Shown: positions 42,371-55,700 of the stretch, in pieces | How positions within the stretch are numbered: the stretch's first letter is position 1 | Layout: the number at the start of each line of letters is the position of its first letter | Assembly: GCA_009914755.4 (NCBI GenBank) | Contig: CP068257.2 | Location: forward strand, 32,800,001-32,864,000 | Length of the DNA stretch: 64,000 nt | Source of the DNA: the human T2T-CHM13v2.0 reference genome, Homo sapiens | Reading direction: 5' to 3' | Translations under genes and position numbers: made by a program | Notes under the pieces: model-generated | What the model saw: the letters and a program-made list of their open reading frames with translations, nothing else | The model's database searches: none | What the model was told of the DNA's origin: nothing

Positions 42371-43203
42371 GGGAAGCGTTTTAGATCCTGTCGGAGAGGC
42401 TCAAGGCCGGCAGAAGGTTTGCATTAGGATCGAGAAAGCCGACCAACGGACAGATCTACCTACCTTCCTGCGGGAGTTTGAGGTTGCCAGGGGGGAAGCC
42501 ACTGCAGCCAGGAGAAAGGCCGTCTGGGAACCACCCCACCCTTGGACGTGCGGGCCTTCAAATATCTCTGAACATAATCCTCCAAAGACCGCTCAACCTC
42601 CGCTCCCGACGACTCTTTCTAGCCTCGTCCCGCACCCCAGCTGTGGCCACACACCTATTAGGCAAACATTTATGAAGCACCCACTTACTGGGTGTGCAGC
42701 CCTGAGCTGGGGGTGCAGCTGTGGACCAGACAGGAGGGGGCCCGGAGCGGCAGACAGTCGCTGGAGGCACCCGAGCCTTGGCGAGCACACCCTAACGTCC
42801 TTGGGGCCTTTCAGCCCGAGCCGTCCTTGTCCAGAGAGCAAACCATGCAATGATGCAGGTGACTTCCCAGCAAATTTCATAGCGTTGCTCACCAGCTTGG
42901 CAGGCAAGAGGAGAAGGGGCAGTCCCCAAAAGACAATCCCATGAACCTTCTAGGGAATGACGTCCAGGCTCCAGGCTCCTGCTCTGCAGGCGGGTCGCAG
43001 AGGCAGGTTCCTGACCTAGGACTAGAAGACATTCTCTAGGGTCACTGCCTCCATGGTCTTCCTTGGCAGGTCACTTCTTCCTGGGCTTCGACCTCGGTGT
43101 TCTCATGGGGACGAGGGTGATTGGAGGCCCTCCAAGGGGTGCACCGATGTGTCCTGTGCACCAGGCAGAACCAGCATTGCCCTACAGTGTGGGTGCAAAA
43201 TGA

Positions 43204-43679
<476 letters not shown>

Positions 43680-43783
43680 TAGAATCTAAACATCCAAAAA
43701 TAGAAAATATAGGTAATTAAATTGTAGTACATATGATATTATTCTACATAGTAGAATATTATGTGGAGTCCTTAAAATGTTTA

Positions 43784-44110
<327 letters not shown>

Positions 44111-44354
44111 CCCAACAGGGGAGATCTTTATATTATCATGTTACGTGAAAAATACAAAAACAGAAAACAAAACAAAAACCCCACAAAACTCAAGGCCTTA
44201 AATTGTAAATATGAGATGCCAGGCATTATTCCCAAAATCTATAAGGAAGCACACCAACCACCATGTTAACATTGTCTATTAGTGGTAGGCCTATTGGAGA
44301 TTTATTATCTTATTTATGCTACTTCATGTTTTCCTTCCTTTTTTGTTTTGCAAC

Positions 44355-44740
44355 AACTCTGTATTAGTCTGTTCTCACACTGTTATAAAGAACTGCCTGA
44401 AACTGGGTAATTTATAAAGGAAAAAGTCTTAATTGATTCACAGTTCAGCATGGCTGAGGCCTCAGGAACTTACAATCATGGCCGAAGGGGAAGCAAACAT
44501 GTCCTTCTTTACATGGCAGCAGGAGAGAGAAGTGCAGAGCAAAGTGGAAGGAAAAGCCCCGTATAAAACCATCAGATCTCGTGAGAACTCACTCATTATC
44601 ATGAAAACAGCATGGAAGAACCGCCTCCATGATCCAATCACTTCCCACAAAGTCCCTCCTGCAACATGTGGGGATTACAATTTGGATTACAATTCAAGAT
44701 GAGATTTGGGTGGGGACACAGCCAAACCATATCAAACTCT
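44355..44740 (-). mobile_element. Second solitary THE1/MST-type MaLR LTR (minus)
   Basis: gtattagtctgttctcacactgttataaagaactgcctgaaactgggtaatttataaagg...cttacaatcatggccgaaggggaagcaaacatgtccttctttacatggcagcagg...ccaatcacttcccacaaagtccctcctgcaacatgtggggattacaatttggattacaattcaagatgagatttgggtggggacacagccaaaccatatca. Confidence 0.9.
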
Positions 44741-45804
44741 ATGTACTTTAATATTTAAGGAAAATTACATAAACTTTATCTGAAAATTCCCTGGATTCTT
44801 CTCCTCAAGGTCATGCTGTACATATGCAGGATCCTCCTGCCTACATCTCCAAATGGATAATGGATTGAAGCAAAATGTTTGTCCCACCAAACATTGGTGT
44901 GTAACCCTTTTAGTAACAATTCATAGACCAGGTAAACATGTGTGGAGCAGCCCAGATCAGCTGGAGGGAGCATTATTCTCATCAGAGTGTGGAACAATGC
45001 CTACCCATCTGTCAGCTGGTTATGGTGAAGACAGTATAAATGGAAGCACTGTCAGAAACTAAAGGCTTATGTAAGTGATGCTGTTCTTATGTCTCCTCTT
45101 CCTCTCTATCCCACATATGATGAATTATTTTATTATGATGATGCTGTAGTTGTTATTTTCTATTTGAAATGAAAAGACATGATTACAGATGAGAAAGAGT
45201 GTATTTTGTTATCCTTGATGCACTTGAAATGGTTTCCTCTTTTTTTTTTCCTGTTTTCTTCTTCTTCCTTCTCTCTTCACTCTTTCATTCTTGCCTCTCT
45301 CCATTTTATAGGTATGATTGATCTTGAAATAATGATGATAACAGAATGATAGCCCATATAGTCCTTGGGTCACTTCTGTCTCTATTTCTCTTTCTTCCCT
45401 CCTCTTTTTTTCTTGGTCCTTTTGCTAGATGGGTTGCGAGCATGGCTCCCTGCCCCTCTCAGTGGGTTTATCTTCATTTTCCATGAGCTCCCACCTCACT
45501 GCATGTGACATCAAAGCCAAAGCTCCAGCCACTTCTCATCCTTTCTTAGGAAAATCTCAAGTCTTAACTTGAAAGTTGAATGTCCTGCTTTTGTTCCTAA
45601 CTCTGCTCACAGGATAGTGGAAGAAGAAAGGCTCAGCCTGTTACCAGAAAGAACAGATCTGCAGTGTAACCCATCTAGGATGAAGGGTCATGTGGACAGT
45701 TCTTCACTCTTCCCTCTGGCTGCCCTTCAGTTGGTGTCCAGATGCCCCTGTGTTAGCCTGGGGGCATTCCTTGCCCTTTGGCCCCTCTTTTGTTGCCTTT
45801 TTTT

Positions 45805-46085
45805 TTTCTTAGACAAGGTCTAACTCCGCTGCCCAGGCTGGAGTGCAGTGGTGCGATCATTGCTCATTGCAACCTCGAACTCCTGGCTCAAGACATTCTC
45901 CCCGCTCAGCCTTGTGAGTAGCTGGAACTACAGTTGTACACCACCATGCCTTGGCTAATTTAAAAAGTCTTTTTGTAGGGATGGGAGTCTCAGGCTGGTC
46001 TTGAACTTCTGGCCTCCAGTGATCCTCCTGCCTTGGCCTCCCAAAGTTTTGGGATTACAGGCGTGAGCCATTGTGCCCTGCCCTT
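45805..46085 (-). mobile_element. Alu SINE (minus), older/diverged
   Basis: cttagacaaggtctaactccgctgcccaggctggagtgcagtggtgcgatcattgctcattgcaacctcg...cctcccaaagttttgggattacaggcgtgagccattgtgccctgccc. Confidence 0.9.
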
Positions 46086-49000
46086 TGTTGCTTTTTCACT
46101 CCTTTACCCTGTGGTTTCTACTATCCTCAGGGACAACTCTCATTGCCCTGGGGCTTCTGGATCTTCAGCAAGACACACCCCTAAAGGCAAACAATCTTTC
46201 TTTAGCAGCAGCAGAGCACAAACGGAGTGTTGCTGTATGCTAAAAGCATACTATTTCCCCCCATGAGAAAGTCTAAGGGGTCCAGGGGTCCTGAAGTCCC
46301 TATCCTGCCCCCGCCAGTGACAGGTGATGGGGAACAGAATGCTGAAAGAGACCCCACCCAACCATCTGGTGTGTCAACACCCGCCCCTGCCGGTGCTGTC
46401 CACAGGTTGATCCCCATCCCACATGGGTGGCTTAACACATTCATGTCTTCTGAGAGCCATTTGTTGCTCCCCAGTCTCTTCTGTCCTCCTTCTTTGACCA
46501 ACATTTCCCTGTCTGATTTGCTTGGTCACAGGTAGCCTGTGTCAGTTTCCTCCCAGGACTCTCTTTGCCTGGGAATAAGTGCTATACATGAGAAGCATCC
46601 CTCCCAAGCGCTGTGTGTGGCCTCCTGGCATTCTCCTAAGACTTCCTAGAGGATTGCTCTGGTTCCAAAAAGAAACCAGCCACAACCTGTTTGGAGCCCT
46701 GCAGGATGTTCCAGCTCACCGACTTCATTCCCCACTACTTGCCCCTCTAACAGAGCTTCTAGACCAGCAGCCAAGGTGCCTCCATTCACTGTACATGACT
46801 CACCTTTCCCCCTTCTAGACACTTCTTCACGGGTCTAGCCTCTGTTTCCAGCTTTACACAGCACAGGCTGATGCCTGCCACTGAACGGGATCCAGGACTT
46901 TTTCAAATCTCAGATCCCCAGCAAAGGTATGACAATGGGCACCCTGACCAGCTCTGAGCCTCTAGGCATAGGGTCTATTTGTTTAATTTTGAATTCACTT
47001 TTAAGATTTAAAAATTGAGAGCTCTCATCTTCAACAAAATTCAGGGGATCTAGAAACATCATGCCCACTTGTGGCAGAGTAGCCAACTGGCAGAAACTGA
47101 TGCTGATGCTGTCTGTTTCCTACACAAAATGCAAACCAGAGTTTACCACAGGCCCGCTACTCCACATTCTCCTCCACAAGGACACTCAGCAGGCTCCTGT
47201 GCTGAACGGCTTGCCTGGTTCTGTAGGTGTAGGGTTTGTTACTCTGTTCCAGGACCTATTTTCCGCAAAGCCCCTTACCTGGCTGTTTCTTCCCTTGGCA
47301 TACGTGAGAACTCCTTTCCTCACTGAATTGCTTTGACCTTGCTAATTAGTTGTGTTGCAAGTGCTTTTTGGCTGTGTCGGACATGTATGTTCTGTTTATC
47401 ATTTTAGAGCAATGGTTATTAATTTTTTTCAGATTCTTCTTGGGAATTAGAGAAAAACTTATGGCTCTCCTCCACCATCCTGCCCCCACCTACCCCAATG
47501 CACACATGTGCAACATTTGTTCTACAATTCAAGAGCTCTCTAGACCCCTGATATGCTAGGCAATTCGTGGCTGCCACATTAGGAACCCCTGATTTAGGGG
47601 AAGGACTGTTTTCTCCATTAGACAAACTCAACTGTGTAGCATCAATTTCATGGGTCTACTGTGTACTGTGCCCAAAAAATGCCACTGAATGCTGCCTGAC
47701 TGGTGGATAGCAAGACTGTCCATTAATGTGGTCATTTAGGTTGCCTCTGCCCAGGTCTTGAGGTCATTGGCACTAATTCACAACACCCTCAAGTCACCCA
47801 GGGAAGATGAGACACAGTTGGCTGTAGACCCACAGTTTGGGCATTACAGCTGCCCTTGAAGTTGACAAATAACCACAACCTTCAAATTGTTATGAAAAGA
47901 GCACAAATCCAATTAAGAAAGCTTTTCCAAAAGAAATAACAGTGTTCCTACCCCCTCTGTCACTCTCCACCCCCTTTTTGTCCCAGAATAATGTTGTGCT
48001 GATAGGAACATGGATAAATTAATTACAGTCTGGAATGTTATTCATGGGTAGGAAAGAACACTAAATCTACTCGCACAATGTTTGATATTTAAAGATAAAC
48101 ATTGCCTTTATGTTTTTTTTTTAAACCTCAGTCAGCCTAGTTTACGAAGACATAGGTATAATCCTTTTAAATGCTGTGGATTTTTTAATCGCAAAGGTAA
48201 CAATATGCTGGGTGTTTTACCCAGCCAGAGAACCAGGAGATGCAGGAATGAGATTAGCATCTCTTTAGTTCCTTGCATATTTGATATTATTTTGGTGTAC
48301 CTCCAATTCCTGATAACATAGAAGAACTCTTGTGGTTGAAGTCCCTGAAATGGAAGGATATTGGTAACCCTGAATTTAAAACAAGCACAGGCAGCCTTTG
48401 TGGGAATGTGTGTGAAGGTCACCTTCTAGAAACAGGACTGTCCATAGCCATTGCCATGGTTTCTGTGTCATTTCAACCAGAACCTTAGGCCTGGAAGTCT
48501 GGATGGATGTGGGTTGGCATGGTCCTCTATGGGCATTAAATGAATAAATGGATATAGCAGAGGGAGTATCCAGCATGACTCAAAGAAGGATGAGAGGAAA
48601 CATATTCAAATAAAATCTTTAGAAAAGCAAATTTCAAAAAAAAATGCTTAAGTATAAAATATTTTGATGACAACCATGATTTTCAAATTGAATTCTTATT
48701 CTAAGTAATGGTCTAATCTGAACTTAGACCTCTTTCCTTAATTTTTTTCTCAATAAGCCTTTGGTGTCTAGTCAGTTCAATTCAGTATTTACTGAGTCCC
48801 TATACAGACAGGGTATAAGGCATTAATCAAATGTATGTCCAAAATTGCCCACCATGCAGGGCAGAGCTAAAATGCCTAACACCCCTCCTCTCACCAACAC
48901 ATCCCCCACCCACATCTCCAAAGACTTCCTGGCAGAGGTGATCTCTGCCTGCTGGGACAGATGTATAGGCTCCAACAGCAGCAGGGTGGCCCCTCTGACC

Positions 49001-50289
49001 ACCACCTTGGGACCCACATTGCTCTTAGAACTATTCCTCTTTTTTCATCCTTGAAGCCCCCAGCAAAGCTCAGCCTGAATCAACTTTTTCTAGGAATCTG
49101 ACAAGTTTCCAGGCTGATTTCCTGACCCAGTCAGATCCTCTTCCATCTTTCTTTGGGTGTTCAATTTTCTACTTCATTTTCCACCTCACATATTGGCCGT
49201 TGATGACCACATCAGCTCTTCTATGCTGTAAGCTCCCAAGGAACAAATTCTATCAAATGATTGGCCTTTCAGCTCTCTACTGTGACCAGAAAGTTGCCCA
49301 GTACATAAAAAGGGGTTCACAGGTATTTCTCACGTGGATAACTGGTGACTCATCTATCCATGATTTTGGGGATCCCCCACTTCCTGGACTAATTGTAAAC
49401 CACCTTCTACCACCTGGGGGTGCCTGAGCACAACAGAGCTAAGTGAACATTTCATCAGTCTAATTGGATTCAGTGGAATGTTGGGGGCCTGGAAATTTGG
49501 ACTAGGAAGGTAAGCAGGAGGAATAAGTGTGAATGACAGTATCTAAATTAAAATCTGTTGCCACGAAAGAAGATCAGACCTTTTCTCCTCTGATTTGTCC
49601 TTCTAGAAGTCACAAGATGCCCAAAGAATCATAAGCAATGGGTAACTAGGCAAGGGAATTATCTCTGACAAATGCCATGATTGCTCAGTGTCCCATTTCT
49701 CTTGGCAGCAAGAGTGGCCCAAAGACTAAACTGAGATGGGGGTCTGCACCCCTGCATGGGACTCAGGCTCTGCAGCTAGCCTTCCAACCACTAAACCTGA
49801 GCTGAGGTACTTTTAGCTCTTTATTTCTTGTTTTTCTCATTTGTCACTCAGATGAGAAGAATGCCCGCTCTGTTTGACTCAGTGTCAGCGTGATGAAGTA
49901 AAACAGCTTCTTTAAATCCCTCTGCAACAAGGCAGTGAATTGAAAATAAGAAAGATAGGGAAGAACATTCTGGGCAAGACAGCTCAATGAGTTCATGCTT
50001 TGATCGATCTCTCAGCTCTGAACACAAAGCCATGACAGGTAGGTATAAAAATAGAAAGCTAAAAAGAGATGTCTGGCTCAACAGAAGCAGAAGAGACACT
50101 GCTAGAAGCCTCTGACCTACTGGGCTCTTTGTCTAAAATCAGCAGGGAGTTTGGCCTCTGCTGGGCAAATCCAAGACGCCCCACCCAAGATGGCAGACAG
50201 GAACCAAGTACTTGCTTAAAGTCAGGAACTAGGGTGGGGCCCCGAAAGAAAGACAGTGCCTCACTGCTGCCTAGGGACCAAGGTTTTAG

Positions 50290-52340
50290 AAAAATAAGGT
50301 TGAGGGGCCAAGATGGCCGATTAGCTGCTGCTGCAGTCCGCGGCTCTCATGGAGAGGAATGAAAACAGCCAGTGAATTCAGCACCTTCAACTAAAATATC
50401 CAGATTCTCGGCCCCACTCGGACTAGTCAGACAACTAGACCTATGGAGAATGAAGAAAAGCAGGCTGGGAAAATGGTCCACCCGAGAGCGGCACGGAGCC
50501 AAAGGAAGCCCCAACCCCAGCAAAGGGAAGAGGTGAGTGAGTGTGCGACACCACCCGGAAAACCATGCTTCTCCCATGGATCTTCGCAACCCGCAGATCG
50601 GGAGATCCCTTCATGAGCCCATGCCACCGGGGCCTTGGGTCCGACACACAGAGCTGTGCAGAGTCGTGGCAGAGCGGCCACTCAGGCACACACAAAGACC
50701 CAGGAATTTTACATACTCCAGCCCAAGGAATCCCAGCAAGGCAGGAGATCCATTCATCTATTCCCCCAGGAAGGGGGCTGAACCCAGGGAGCCAACCAGC
50801 ATTGCTTTGCAGGCCCCGTTTACACAGCACCTCACAGGTTAAGGCCCACTGTAATTTTTGCCAGCCAGTGGTGACAGCCTGGAGTCAGCCTGAGATGGAC
50901 TGAGCTCTCGTGGGTAGAGGCAGCCACCATCTCTGCGGTTCAGTTGACTCAGCCATTCTAGCCTGCCAGCTCCGGGGAGTCCAGACAGTCTGGACAAGGA
51001 GGAGTCTCCCACAACGTGTAGCACAGGTGCTGTGCCAGATCGTGGCCAGACTGCTTCTTTAAGTGGGACCCCGATCCAATCCTCCTCACTGGGTGGGGCC
51101 TCCCTGTGGGAATTTCAGCAGCTCCAGCCAGGGTTATATGGAAAATACTCTGCTCTCTCCTGGGACGGAGACCCCCATGAGAAGGGGTGGCCGACGTCGC
51201 TGCAGTTCAGTGGACTCAGTCTTTCCAGCCTGCTGGCTCTGGAGAGTTCAGGCGGTCTGGAGGAAGGGTCCCCTCAATGCAGCACAGCCGCTACACCTGC
51301 TCTAACAAAAAGCAGCCAGACTGCTTCTTTAAGTGGGCCCCTGATCCCGTTCCTCCTGACTGGGTGAGACCTCCCAACAGGGGTCTCCAGAGACCTCCCA
51401 CAGGAGCGATCAGGCAGGCAACATGTCAGTACATTCCTGGGATGGAGAAAAACGAGCAGGCTGCCATCTTGCTGTTTTGCAGACTTCACTGGTGATACCT
51501 CCGGGTATGGGAAAAACCAAGGCAACTAGGGTCTGGAGCAGACCCTGAGCAAACCACAGCAGCCCTGCGGAAGAGTGACCTGACTGATAAAAGAAAAACA
51601 AACAAACAAACAGAAAGCACCACCGACAACATCAACCAGGAAAACCCCATTCAAAGGTGAGCAACCTCGAAAATCAAAGGTTGATAAGCCCACACAGATC
51701 AGAATCAATACAAAAACGCTGAAAACTCAAAAAGCCAGAGTGCCTCTTCTCCTCCAAATGACTGCAACACCTTTCCAGCAAGGGCATGGAACTAGGCTGA
51801 GGCTGAGATGGCTGAAATGACAGAAGTAGGCTTCAGAAGGTGGCTAATAATGAACGTCACTGAGCTAAAGGAGCATTTTGTAACATTAAAAAGTGGGGAA
51901 ACGACATGAACAGACACTTCTCAAAAGAAGACATTCATGCAGCCAACAAACAAATGAAAAAAAGCTCAACATCACCGATCATTAGAGAAATGCAAATGAA
52001 AACCACAATCAGCTACCATCTCACTCCCATCAGAATGGCTATTATTAAAAAGTCAAGAAACAACAGATGCTGGTGAGATTGCAGATAAAAATGAATGCTT
52101 TTACCCTATTGGTGGGAATATAAATTAGTTCAACCATTATGGAGGACAGTGTGGCGATTTCTCAAAGATCTAGAGGCAGAAATACCATTTGGCCCAGCAA
52201 TCCCTTTACTGGGTATATATATCATTCTATTATATATACATAAAATAGGAATACAAAACATGCTATTCCTATTATATGTGTAATAGGAATACAAATCATT
52301 GTATTCTAAAGACATGCATATGTTCATTGCAGCATGATTC
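50290..52340 (+). mobile_element. L1 (older primate family): 5'UTR (GC-rich) through the start of ORF1, internally deleted and joining directly to the ORF2 C-terminal/3' region
   Basis: gggccaagatggccgattagctgctgctgcagtccgcggctctcatggagaggaatgaaaacagcc... matches the L1 5'UTR start (ggccaagatggccgaataggaacagctcc...). Further in: ...aaatgactgcaacacctttccagcaagggcatggaactaggctgaggctgagatggctgaaatgacagaagtaggcttcagaaggtgg; then ...gaaacgacatgaacagacacttctcaaaagaagacattcatgcagccaacaaacaaatgaaaaaaagctcaacatcaccgatcattagagaaatgcaaatgaaaaccacaatcag (ORF2 C-terminal). All track ORFs at 50069-51708 fall in this GC-rich UTR. Confidence 0.85.
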
Positions 52341-52720
52341 ATAATAGTAAAGACATGGAATCAACCTAAATGCTAGACTGGATAAAGAAAATGTGGTACA
52401 TATACACCATGGAATACTATGCAGCCATAAAAAGGAAAGAGATTATGTCCTTTGCAGGGACACCGATGGAGCTGGAAGCCGTTATCCTCAGCAAACTAAT
52501 GCAGGAACAGAAAACCAAACACTGCATGATCTCATTTATAAGTGGGAGCTGAATGACAAGAACACATGGCCACGTGAGGGGAATAACACACACTGGGGCC
52601 TGTCAGGGAAGGGGGAGAGAGAGCATCAGGAAGAATAGCTAATGGATGCTGGGCTTAATACCTACGTGATGGGTTGATCTGTGCATTTTGTAACCAAATG
52701 TACCTGTAATTTATGATCCA
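52340..52720 (+). mobile_element. L1 3'-end fragment (ORF2 end plus 3'UTR)
   Basis: ggataaagaaaatgtggtacatatacaccatggaatactatgcagccataaaaaggaaagagattatgtcctttgcagggac...gaacagaaaaccaaacactgcatgatctcatttataagtgggagctgaatgacaagaacacatggccacgtgaggggaataacacacactggggcctgtcaggg. Confidence 0.9.
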
Positions 52721-52749
52721 ATTCAAGTTGAATTTTTTATAAAAGATAA

Positions 52750-55700
52750 AGGAAAGATTAGGATTATGTTTTTACATAGAAATGCACAATTGTTTCAGTA
52801 CAAACTAAAGAGATTTTCAGAATTTCATAGATGAAAACAATTCACATTTGCTAAAATGTATCCTATTAATACTAACGGTTGTACTTCAGCCATAAGAAAA
52901 GAGGACAGAAGGGAATGTGTGAAAGTCAGTATTAAATGGTAGTCAATTAAAAATAAAATAAAAATTTTGAAAGGTAAAATAATAATTACTGAAACTGATA
53001 AACAATATTAATAATTTTAATAGCCATTAAATTAACAAAATAATAATAATTAGATTTGGAATTTTTTAAAGAATAAGATGAGTTAAATGGGTGAAAGTCC
53101 ACAGAAAGAAAGTTTTCTGGGTCCTTGATGTGATCGGGAAGAAAACAGAAATATTTAACAACAGAAATTTTGTAGGAAATTCATAGTTTACTAAGTATGC
53201 TAAAATTTTATAGATAATTACAAAAAGGATATAAGTAATCTATAAGTTGCAAAGCAACAAAATATATTCTTTTGTGTAAATAAAAGGGAAAATAGAATGG
53301 TTTCTCACACCAATGAGAAATAGGAGGGAAAAATACTTTAAGAGAAAAAGTTGTGAAATAAAAATCAAAATGTAACATGGTAAAAATATATGCAGGTACA
53401 TCAATAATCATAATATCTTTAAATAGAATAAGCACACAAAAGACTACAATGATTACATTGAATAACAAAATAAAATCTAATTATATGCTGCTTACAAGAT
53501 ATACATTTGAAGTAAAACCAAATTGAAAAGTTGAAAATTAAGTAATAAAAAAATACTAAGCAAAGGCTAACACACAGAAATCTAAGGTAGCAATATTAAC
53601 ACAAGACAAAGTAAAAATTCAGGTGATTAATAGTATACAAAGATCACCCAATTTAATAAAAGGAAACAGTCTGCTAGGAAAATATTACAATTATGGGTAT
53701 GTAGTTAACTATACAGACTCAGCAAATATAAAGCAATCCTGGCAGATTTATAAGACATTGATATATCTATCTATCTTATCAATTCCCTTAAGGGGAACTG
53801 AGTTGTAGGGAGCCATTTAACACACTTCTCTCAGCAACTGGTAGATCTGCCCTCCCCAACATAGTAAGCATATAGAATATTTGAGTGATGAAATTAACAA
53901 AGTTCATTAAATATATATATAGAGAGAGCACTACACCCAACCAATAAACAATATGCATTTTTTTAACAAGTGTTCACGGAACTTTTTTTACCATTTGGCC
54001 ATGTACTAGATCATGAAAGAAGTCTCAAGAACATTTTAAATATTAGTTTTACATACGTGCTTGGCTCTATGATCAAAATGCAGTTAGGTTATAAATCAGC
54101 AGTAAATTTATGGTCAATAAATCTTCACATATCTGAAAACCAAAAACCAAGTACATGTCTACTTAACCCATTGGTTAGAGAAGAAAACATTTTAGAAACA
54201 ATAAAATACTAAATGCCATAGAAAATACTATATATGAAAGTTTCTGGGATGCAGCTAATGTGGTTCTTAGAGGTAAATTGACAGCATTAAATGAATTTTT
54301 GAAAAGAAAAATGATAGAAAATAAGTTTAACTAAAAAAAGGAGACATATGAAATAAACTAAAGAAAGTAGATTAAACAAAATTTTAAAAACAAAAATTAG
54401 CAAAAATGAAAATGAAAAAGGAGAGAAGAGCTACTAGATGGAAAGCTACTCAAGGAACACAATTTGAAGATTTAAATAAGATATATATTTTTCTAGAAAA
54501 AAAACATGAACTTCCAAAGTCAATTTATGAATAGAGCTTCATCATAAAACTGGAATCTATAAAAAGTATCAGTTCAATAGATGGATTTACTAACATATTA
54601 GACACAGCTGAAGAAATTATTTATGAATTAGAATGTAAGTCAGTTAAAAATATTCAGGGTGAAACACAAGAGAAAAATAATGAAAAATACAAAAAAAGAG
54701 TATAAGAGATGTAAGGAAAAGGATTAAGAGAAGTGCAGTTAGAGGCTGAGAAGTACAGAAGAAAGTGAACAGAGCAGAAGTGATATTTGAAGAGATAGGG
54801 ACTGAGAATTTTCCAAAAACTGATTTTAAAAATGAAGCCATGGGTGAAAGAAGTATTTAAAACTTCAAGAAAAATTACTTTAAGGAAAATCAGAATTTCT
54901 TAGTGCATCATATTAAAATGCTGAAAACAAAAAATAAAGAGAAAATCTTACAATCAGACAGAGGGGAAAAAGATATACAGGAATCACCAATAAGATAGAT
55001 ACTGTATCTCATTTCTCAAAAGGAAGATTGAATACTATAGAAAATTAAATGGCATCTTTAAAGTGCTGAAAGAAAATAACTACCCACCTAGAATTCTATA
55101 CCTAATGAAAATGTCCTTTAAAAATGAAGGCAAAATAAAGGCTCTAATAATTCAAGGAGCGTTCTGCAATCTCTAATGTTTTAACTAAAATAATGAAAGA
55201 ATGTATAAATAATAATGGGGAAATATGAAACAAAGAAAAATACTTCATTAATCTAAAAAGCATAAGAAATAATAAGTCCATAGACAAGTGTAACAAACAG
55301 AAACATTACAGAGTTGGTAAAACTTGAGGAGAAATAGATGAATCCACTATTCAACACTACTTTAACAGAAACAGACAGATACAGCATGCTAAAAATCAGT
55401 GCGAACATAGTTGAATTCAGCAGCACCATCAATCAACTGGATCTGATTCATCTAAAACGTCATCCAACAACAGCAGAATACACATTCTTCTCAAGCTCAT
55501 ATGGAACACTCACCAAGATAGACCACATTCTGCGTCATAAAATACACTTGGCAAATTTAGAAGAATCAAAATCATCCTATGTCTGCCCTCAGACCACAAT
55601 GGAATGAAAACTAGAAATCAATGACAGAAAGATAACAGGAAAAATCCCCAACTACTTGGAGGTTGAACAATATACCTAATAACACATGAGTCAAAGAAGA

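Noticed and set aside
41933-42907. 137-aa (-), 104-aa (-) and several other overlapping ORFs on both strands
   Set aside because: CpG-island/GC-rich DNA is stop-codon-poor. The ORFs overlap each other in multiple frames and have Pro/Gly/Arg/Ala-rich composition typical of GC translation. I annotated the region as a promoter/first exon instead.
50069-51708. Dense block of 60-129-aa ORFs on both strands
   Set aside because: They coincide exactly with the GC-rich 5'UTR of an L1 element (it begins ggccaagatggccgattagc...). L1 5'UTRs are non-coding in these frames.
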